This document shows, piece after piece, positions 57,407 through 64,000 of a stretch of DNA of 64,000 bases. Under the pieces are notes generated by a model. That model had not been told where the DNA came from. It was given only the letters and a program-made list of their open reading frames with translations, and made no database searches. A program made the translations under genes and the position numbers. Position 1 is the stretch's first letter; each line of letters begins with the position of its first letter. The DNA lies in assembly GCF_011745625.1 (NCBI RefSeq), contig NW_027191489.1, positions 1 through 64,000 of the forward strand, written 5' to 3'. The stretch comes from Cladosporium halotolerans (taxonomy: Eukaryota).

Positions 57407-59235
57407 CTAGGTCATCCTCCCCAAAGAATCGCAGCACCTTTGAAGACGCTGCACCACGTTTTCTGCGAAGTCTCGCCGCCAGCTCTGATCTACTGCTTCC
57501 AATGGGCTATTCCTCAATGTCCAGGATACCGCCAGTGCATAATTTTCACCAGTGGTACCCTGCATCTTTTCAGCCCACGCTTGGGCTATAACCATCCGGG
57601 TCATCGGGTCTTTCTCTCTGCAGGGGAACTGCTGCCAACGCGGATCTTGGGTGAACCTCTTGCCAAACCCCAGCTCCAAGAGCACAATTCCCAAAGAAAT
57701 GAAGCTGAGATCCATTCGCGGCAACGATGCCGTGGGGTTTGCATCGAAATCGGCCAGGACATACGGATCAGGATGTATGGTTTGGGCATTCGAGGCATCG
57801 ACGGTAGTTGGTAGGAGCACGCTCCCAGAATCCCACATCCAATTGATCCAGGGCGAAGAATGTAGCTGCAGATGCGTGGACGCTAATGCCAGTGCAATAT
57901 GGCAACGTTTCTGCCGGTGCAGGTCCTCTGACCCTAAAGCATCAAGAAGACTTATTCCGGGCGTTGCCGGACTGACTCCCGCTGCGCAATGGACGAGATA
58001 CTGGTCGTTGCCTCTCCGAAGACAGCAAACGCATTCGCTCACGGAGGCGCCCTGGAACAGTTCGCAGAGGTTTGCCGCTGGGTTTGGCTGCGGTAAGTCC
58101 ATGGAAATCGTCTGAGGTGCGGGACGAAGAGGTAAAAATGGCAAGGGTTGGACTGCTTGGGTCACAACAGTTGTCGAGGTACCCTGAAGTCCACTAACAT
58201 CGTTTTAGTTTCACTGGTAAGCAGCAGTGACATGCATTTATCTTGCCCTTGAGTGACACTGGAGTTTGGTTGCGATGTGATCCTGTGTCTCGAGGATGCT
58301 CGTGATCGGTCACTAATAGGCACCAAATTTTGGCTGCTCCCAGAGCCAGGCAAGCTCAGTGTATGCGCTGCATGGGTCGACTCCCGCTGTCCAACTTTGA
58401 CTTGCGTCGCTTGTTCCCCATGGCACAGGTAGAGGCGCATGTTCATGGAGTCTATGACCGTGCGATGGTGTTGTAGTGTCAACTGGGCCTTGCCACGACA
58501 GTTGCAGCTCCAGGCAAATTTCAGAAGCTTGAAGATGCTCTCTCCGTGTTTCCAGAACTCGAGAAGGCTCCTATGCGTTCGTCGGTTCGGAAAGTCCCTG
58601 CGATTTCTTGTGCAATCTAAGAGGTATGCACTACCCTCGAGGAGTTCGCTCAGTCTTCGAATGCACTCGTACACATCATCCAACAGCTCCTCACGGCAAG
58701 AGCTCTGCAGACTGTACTTAAGCTTTTTGCCCTGAAATGCTATCTTCGCCTGGATCATCAGAATCTTCTCTGCTTTGGAAATTGTTTTGGTGCCACGAGA
58801 CGTAAGAACACCTCCATGTTCCAAAAGCGACTGAAATGCAGAGTCGTCCACTTTCGCCAATTTGCAAAGTTTTGTCATCGCATCCGCGAGCTCGGCCATG
58901 ACGTTCAAGTATAGCCGGTATCTGTCTTGCATCCTGTCCGTCAGGGCTTCCTCAACGCACGCCTCCTTCCATCCTTCCCCTCCTGGATTGGCAAGGAGCT
59001 GTGCGTACTGCTGTGAGTCCACGACTCCATCATCTAGCAAGGGAAATAGGAGCATTTGAAGTTGATGCTCGTATCCCATTTTCAACTCCTGGAGGCGGTT
59101 GCAGACTTTGGTATGCTCTCTATTCACGTTGCGAGAGATTTTGATTAGTTTGCTCGTGGTTCGGTAATGCTCCATGGCAGCAATGGCCAGCGGGAAACTT
59201 CCCAGAACTAGACCGGCCACTTCGATGCCGCTCAT
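57407..59235 (-). CDS. DUF7580-like protein (HeLo-like hydrophobic N-terminus, kinase-like helical C-terminus), probably 2 exons
   Basis: MSGIEVAGLVLGSFPLAIAAMEHY, LLANPGGEGWK, WSCNC, RCHIALALASTHLQLHSSPWI, SLGIVLLELGFG, GENYALAVSW. The two ORFs join via a short intron near 58195-58247. Confidence 0.7.
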
Positions 59236-59653
59236 CTTGTTGCCAGTGCGCGCTCGAGGTTCGACGACTCGCGGGTCTCGCTATTGTGAGATGGGAAACC
59301 TTGTGTGAATGAGATGGTGCACATGGATGCCCTCGACAAGCATCAGGCTGCACTTGAGGGGACTTCCCGGTGTGCAGCAATACACGACTCCTCCGTGCAG
59401 GAGGTGGGGCATAGCTACGTGCATTATCGTCTCATCTGCAAGCCTGACGCCCAGTGCTACAAATCTCAGCCTGGTCTTCATCTAAGCGAGCTAAGCTGAC
59501 CTGCCTTGGTCAGCTGCCAGCCCTTCATGAATATGCCAATACAATAATTGATCATGATCTGTTTCTCACGTCCTTGTACTGAGAAGGCGAACTCTTTTAC
59601 CTGCTCATATCTTGCGGTATCTGTTTGGATCACCTCAGAGGCGGTATGATGCG

Positions 59654-62129
59654 ATGTCAGACGCAGAGGTCGGTAAGGAAGAGATCGATATTACTATCAG
59701 CAAGGCTGTGATACGACCGGACGCAGCACGATGCTCAATTTACCAAGCCCTGAAAGATGTCCTGAAAACATTTGATCTCGTGGAAAATGAGCCTGAAATC
59801 GAGCGGTTGACGAAGAATATCGTCATCGACAACATTGCTCGAATCTCGATTTGGGCGGGAGAGATGGGAGCGGGCTATCCGCAAAATCACACTAGGTCCG
59901 CTGACCACAAGTTGAGGTCGCATCCCATGGTAGCAGAGCTCATTTTGGAGCGCTTGTCGAACATTGAGGAAGATAATCAGGCATTACTGGCAATTGCCCG
60001 CGGTGAAAGCCGGGACACAAGCCAGGTGTCCTCGCCTATCGAAGACGAGCTCACTGCACTGGACGAGATCACCGCGCTCGATAGCGTTGGCGGGCTGAAT
60101 ACTGAAGCCGACGTGATTGCTTCTACCGTATCTGACTCTATCTCAAGCCTTTTCAGGCTGACTGCATTGCTCCGGCAATCGATTGAGAGTCAAGGCATGG
60201 TAAAGGCAGCGGCTCGCTCATCATCCTTGCCTGCCACTTCGGCTTATAACTTCGACCTTGTCTTGGAGACATTCCCCAAGCTGGATCATCATCCCGCACT
60301 TCTGGATGCACTCAGCAGAGCAGCAACCCAACGTCAGAATCTCCTCCGAGACGCACAAAGGACTAGATCCAACATCCAGCCATCAGAAGTTGCTGATGAT
60401 GATGACGACGATGCTTCTTCTGATGCTACGTCTGAAAGCTCACTAGGGCTTTTTAACATGAAGCATGTCAGGCTGGAAAGGTTGTCTCTCAAAGAAGCTT
60501 CGAAAGATAAGCTTCCGTTTGAGTGCCCCTACTGTCGGCAAACTGTGGCTTGTAAGCAAAATGTCTCTTGGAGGTAAGTCCGCCACAGTCTCACACTATC
60601 TATTCTCTACAATGTCATTCGCACGTCTTGCGACGGAAAACTTTGTTGACTCTTGAACAAGAAAACATGTCTTCCGTGACTTGATTGCCTATGTCTGCAC
60701 TTTCGCCCCTTGCTCGAGTTCACTCTTTGACAATCGTGAGGACTGGTTCAAACATGAGCTCCAAAGCCATCGCAGAATCTGGCATTGCCTTTCTTGCAAT
60801 GGACTCGAGACCTTCCAATCAGCAGAGTCGCTGAAGGAGCATGTGTTGGCGACGCATTTTTCATCCGCAGACATTGGGTTCAACGTAGATTCCCTGGTGG
60901 ATGCTTGTTCGTGGCCTGTTTCAACTGTCCCAGCAAAAGTCGCCTGTCCGTTCTGTAACGAGTATACACAGACGTCTGAAGATTAGGCCGTAGAGAAATC
61001 GGTCCTTCCGGTGCGTGATGTCAAGAGACACCTTGCTAGTCATATGGAAGATTTGGCTCTGCTGTCAATCACAACATCGGCACAAGACGCTGCGGAAACA
61101 ACACCACAGGTCTCGCACAGTACTGTGCATTGGGAAACATTTGCAGACAATCTACGCCAAACGAAATCATCCACCGGAACTTTCGTATCTGAACAGCTGC
61201 GGGGCGCCTCGGATGAGACAGAAGAGACGATAATATCAGACGTGCTTGCAAGAAGTTCCGCATCCAGAATCAAGGGTAACAAGAGTCTAGCGCCGCCCAT
61301 CATGTTCGTGAGGCATAATCACATCGTAGACCGTGAGCGCAGACTCGATGCGAGCGAAGATTATCAGCCCTCGAAAGCATTTGGGCGGAAAGCGAAAGGA
61401 AGACTTGTTTCAGCGGAAATAAGAGTATCAAAGCAATCGAAAGAGGCCCAACACACGGTAGGGAGTTTGTCAGATTTTGCGATGGAATGCGCAGACCAGG
61501 GGCGGTGGGAAGCGGCCGAATACACCCAAGCCAAAGTTGTGCAGGCATGCCGAGACGTACTCGGCCGAGATCATCCTGACACTCTGAAGAGCAAGGCCAG
61601 GCTGGCAGGCATATACTCATGCCAAGGGCGGTTGTGGAAAGCAGAAGAGCTACAACGTGAAGTCGTATTGAAAGCGAGAGAGTTGATCGGCAAAAATAGT
61701 CTGTTCACCTTGGAGGCCACGAATCACCTGGCAATGGTACTGCGAGAGCTCAGGGGATATCGCGAAGCAGAAAGACTATATCGACGAGCATGTGATGGCT
61801 TTAAGATGACGCTTGGGAAGATGCACGCGCACACGCTCGAGGTACTCAGCGATCTTGCTCTAGTTGTCCTAGTGCAAGAACGGTACGATGAAGCCGAAAC
61901 ACTTATTAAATCGGTGATTGTCGGGAGGGAACAGGTCTTGGGAAGGAACCATACCAAGACAGTGGAAAGCATCCGTGTCTTGGAAGACGTACGAGAAAAG
62001 CGGATCCAGAGCCAACAGCCTGAGGTCACTGGAAAGGGACATATGTTCACGCCTGACATGAGCAACGATCGTCCCGAAAAGTCGGGAGGGGCGTCATCTG
62101 ACCATGAAATTTATCTACCGTGGCATTAG
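59654..62129 (+). pseudogene. AcuF-like N-domain + C2H2 zinc fingers + 42-aa TPR repeats, interrupted by in-frame TAG (60984-60986)
   Basis: RISIWAGEMGA..ADHKLR; PFECPYC..WR|KHVFRDLIAYVCTFAPC (intron 60574-60661); WFKHELQSH; WHCLSC; CPFC..*..RHLASHMEDLAL; about 4 LGxDHPDTL-type TPRs. The same frame continues on both sides of the stop. Confidence 0.65.
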
Positions 62130-62641
62130 TCGCCAGGTTTGGCTTGAATTATTCCCAGGGCATCCCATATTTTCAAACGACCGGGAAACAATCGTTGATT
62201 GAACACGAGTCGACACCTCTTCATCTCTGGTCAGGTCAATTACAGTGTAGCACCATGTTGTCGGCCTTGCTCTCCTGCCATCGTCAGTACAAGTATAATG
62301 AAATCTGCGAATGCGCAAGAATCGCACGACTTAAAGCTTCCACGTCTGCGGGCGCACCGACTGCGTGCAGCCATCTTGAATTCGATGCCGAGCATCTGGA
62401 GATTCATTTGACACGAGCCGTCCAGGGGATCTTGCGGTATTTCTGATACATTCCATCTGTCTTGGCTGTCTAACTCACACGCTTCCCGCTATTCAATTGG
62501 TACACCAGCTCGAGCACTTTTGTCAGAACCAGACAGCCGCGTGCTTTCGTCTGTTTACAGGGACAAAGAAGAAACTCCAGACACCGGGTATGTGAACACT
62601 GTACATGACCATCCAAATCAATCGCCCGAAGTCTCTCCCGT

Positions 62642-64000
62642 TCAAGAATCAGTGATGCAACCGTGGCTAGCATCCTTGACCAGCTTGGCGTACTTGTAAA
62701 GCGTGCCCTTCTGGTACTTGAGCGGCGGAGCCATGAACTCGAGCTTCCTGCGCTGCAGCTCCTCGGGGCTCTGGTCGATGATGTCGATGACGTTGTTGTC
62801 TGCGTCGATGGTGATGGTGTCGCCGTCGCGGACGAGACCGATGGGGCCACCCTCCTGGGCCTCAGGCGTGACGTGGCCGATGAGGAAGCCGTGGCTGCCG
62901 CCGGAGAAGCGGCCGTCGGTGATGAGCGCGATGTCCTGGCCGAGGCCGTAGCCCATGATGGCCGAGCTGGGCTTCAGCATCTCAGGCATGCCGGGACCGC
63001 CCTTGGGACCCTCGTAGCGGATGACCACAACGGTCTTCTCGCCCTTCTTGAAAGTGCCAGCCTCGAGAGCCTCGATGAAGAGGTCTTCAGCGTCGAAGCA
63101 GCGGGCCTTGCCAGTGAAGACGGTTCCCTCCTTGCCGGTGATCTTGCCAACGGAGCCTTCGGGGGCGAGGCTGCCACGGAGAATCTGGATGTGACCGGTC
63201 TCCTTGATGGGGTTGGAAATGGGGCGGATGATGTCCTGGTCGGCCGGGAAATCGGGCACGAGCTCGGCGTTCTGCTTCAGAGTCTTGCCAGTGACGGTCA
63301 TGCCGGAGCCGTCAAGGATGCCCTCCTTGAGGAGGAACTTGATCAGGCTGGGCGTACCGCCGATGTTGTACAGGTCCTCGAAGACGTACTTGCCGGAGGG
63401 CTTGAGGTCAGCGAGGAAGGGTGTGCGGTCAGAAACGGCCTGGAAATCGTCAATGGTGAGGTCGATGCCGACGGAGTGGGCGATGGCGATCAAGTGGAGA
63501 ACAGCGTTTGTGCTGCCACCAGTGATGTTGACAAGAATCATGGCGTTCTCAAGAGCCTTGCGGGTGATGATATCGGAAGGCCTGATGTCCTCCTTAAGCA
63601 GGTTCTTGATAGCACCGCCGGCGGCCAAGCACTCCATCATCTTCGCCTTGCTCTCAGCTGGGTTGGAAGAAGAACCAGGAAGAGACATTCCCATGACCTC
63701 AATAACACTGGCAAGGGTGTTGGCAGTGTACATGCCACCGCAGGCGCCGCTACCAGGGCAAGCGTGCCTAATGATATCGAAGCGCTCCTCCTCGTTGATC
63801 TCGCCAGAAATGAATTGTCCGTAGGCCTGGAAAGCAGAGACGATGTCGAGTTTCTCGTTGCGCGGCTGCTTGCCGCATCCAGCCGCGATCGTGCCACCGT
63901 AAACCATCAAACTCGGCCTGTTCACGCGACCCATGGCCATAATGACACCAGGCATGTTCTTGTCGCAGCCCGGAATGCTGATGTTGGCGTCGTACCACTG
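62642..64000 (-). CDS. ILV3: Dihydroxy-acid dehydratase (5' end outside window)
   Basis: [67 protein letters not shown]. Strong codon bias. Confidence 0.97.
   Translation of the reverse strand, partial: QWYDANISIPGCDKNMPGVIMAMGRVNRPSLMVYGGTIAAGCGKQPRNEKLDIVSAFQAYGQFISGEINEEERFDIIRHACPGSGACGGMYTANTLASVIEVMGMSLPGSSSNPAESKAKMMECLAAGGAIKNLLKEDIRPSDIITRKALENAMILVNITGGSTNAVLHLIAIAHSVGIDLTIDDFQAVSDRTPFLADLKPSGKYVFEDLYNIGGTPSLIKFLLKEGILDGSGMTVTGKTLKQNAELVPDFPADQDIIRPISNPIKETGHIQILRGSLAPEGSVGKITGKEGTVFTGKARCFDAEDLFIEALEAGTFKKGEKTVVVIRYEGPKGGPGMPEMLKPSSAIMGYGLGQDIALITDGRFSGGSHGFLIGHVTPEAQEGGPIGLVRDGDTITIDADNNVIDIIDQSPEELQRRKLEFMAPPLKYQKGTLYKYAKLVKDASHGCITDS

Noticed and set aside
1..64000. tRNA/rRNA genes, intact transposons, Starship captain recombinase
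   Set aside because: None recognised by eye; tRNAscan-SE/Infernal and TE searches would be needed to exclude small RNAs.

Overview
Gene-dense window from a filamentous ascomycete (Pezizomycotina-like). It has short GT-AG introns with CTRAC branch points and Zn2Cys6 regulators, and no recognisable rRNA, tRNA or CRISPR. About 27 protein-coding genes were assembled by hand across introns. Core genes: a SET methyltransferase, CCT8, an MBOAT/DGAT1-type acyltransferase, NOC3/NIP7 head-to-head, beta-carbonic anhydrase, an F-box/WD protein, ECM14, an ING/PHD protein and partial ILV3. Accessory-looking blocks sit between them. (1) An FMO gene beside a decayed pogo/Fot1 transposase fragment and telomere-like repeats. 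(2) A candidate amine uptake/catabolism cluster: Zn2Cys6 TF, EutQ-like cupin, MAO-N-like amine oxidase, APC permease and a hidden Dabb-barrel gene, followed by an SLC6 symporter and a bacterial-type glycerate kinase. Three of its soluble proteins end in PTS1-like tripeptides. (3) A P450 / Zn2Cys6 TF / DUF3112 trio whose shared promoter holds six exact CGGACGAA copies. (4) A head-to-head DUF7580-like gene and C2H2+TPR gene, the latter with an in-frame TAG. The carbonic anhydrase has two phase-compatible alternative first exons, suggesting cytosolic and mitochondrial isoforms. Family names come from motif recognition, not database searches.
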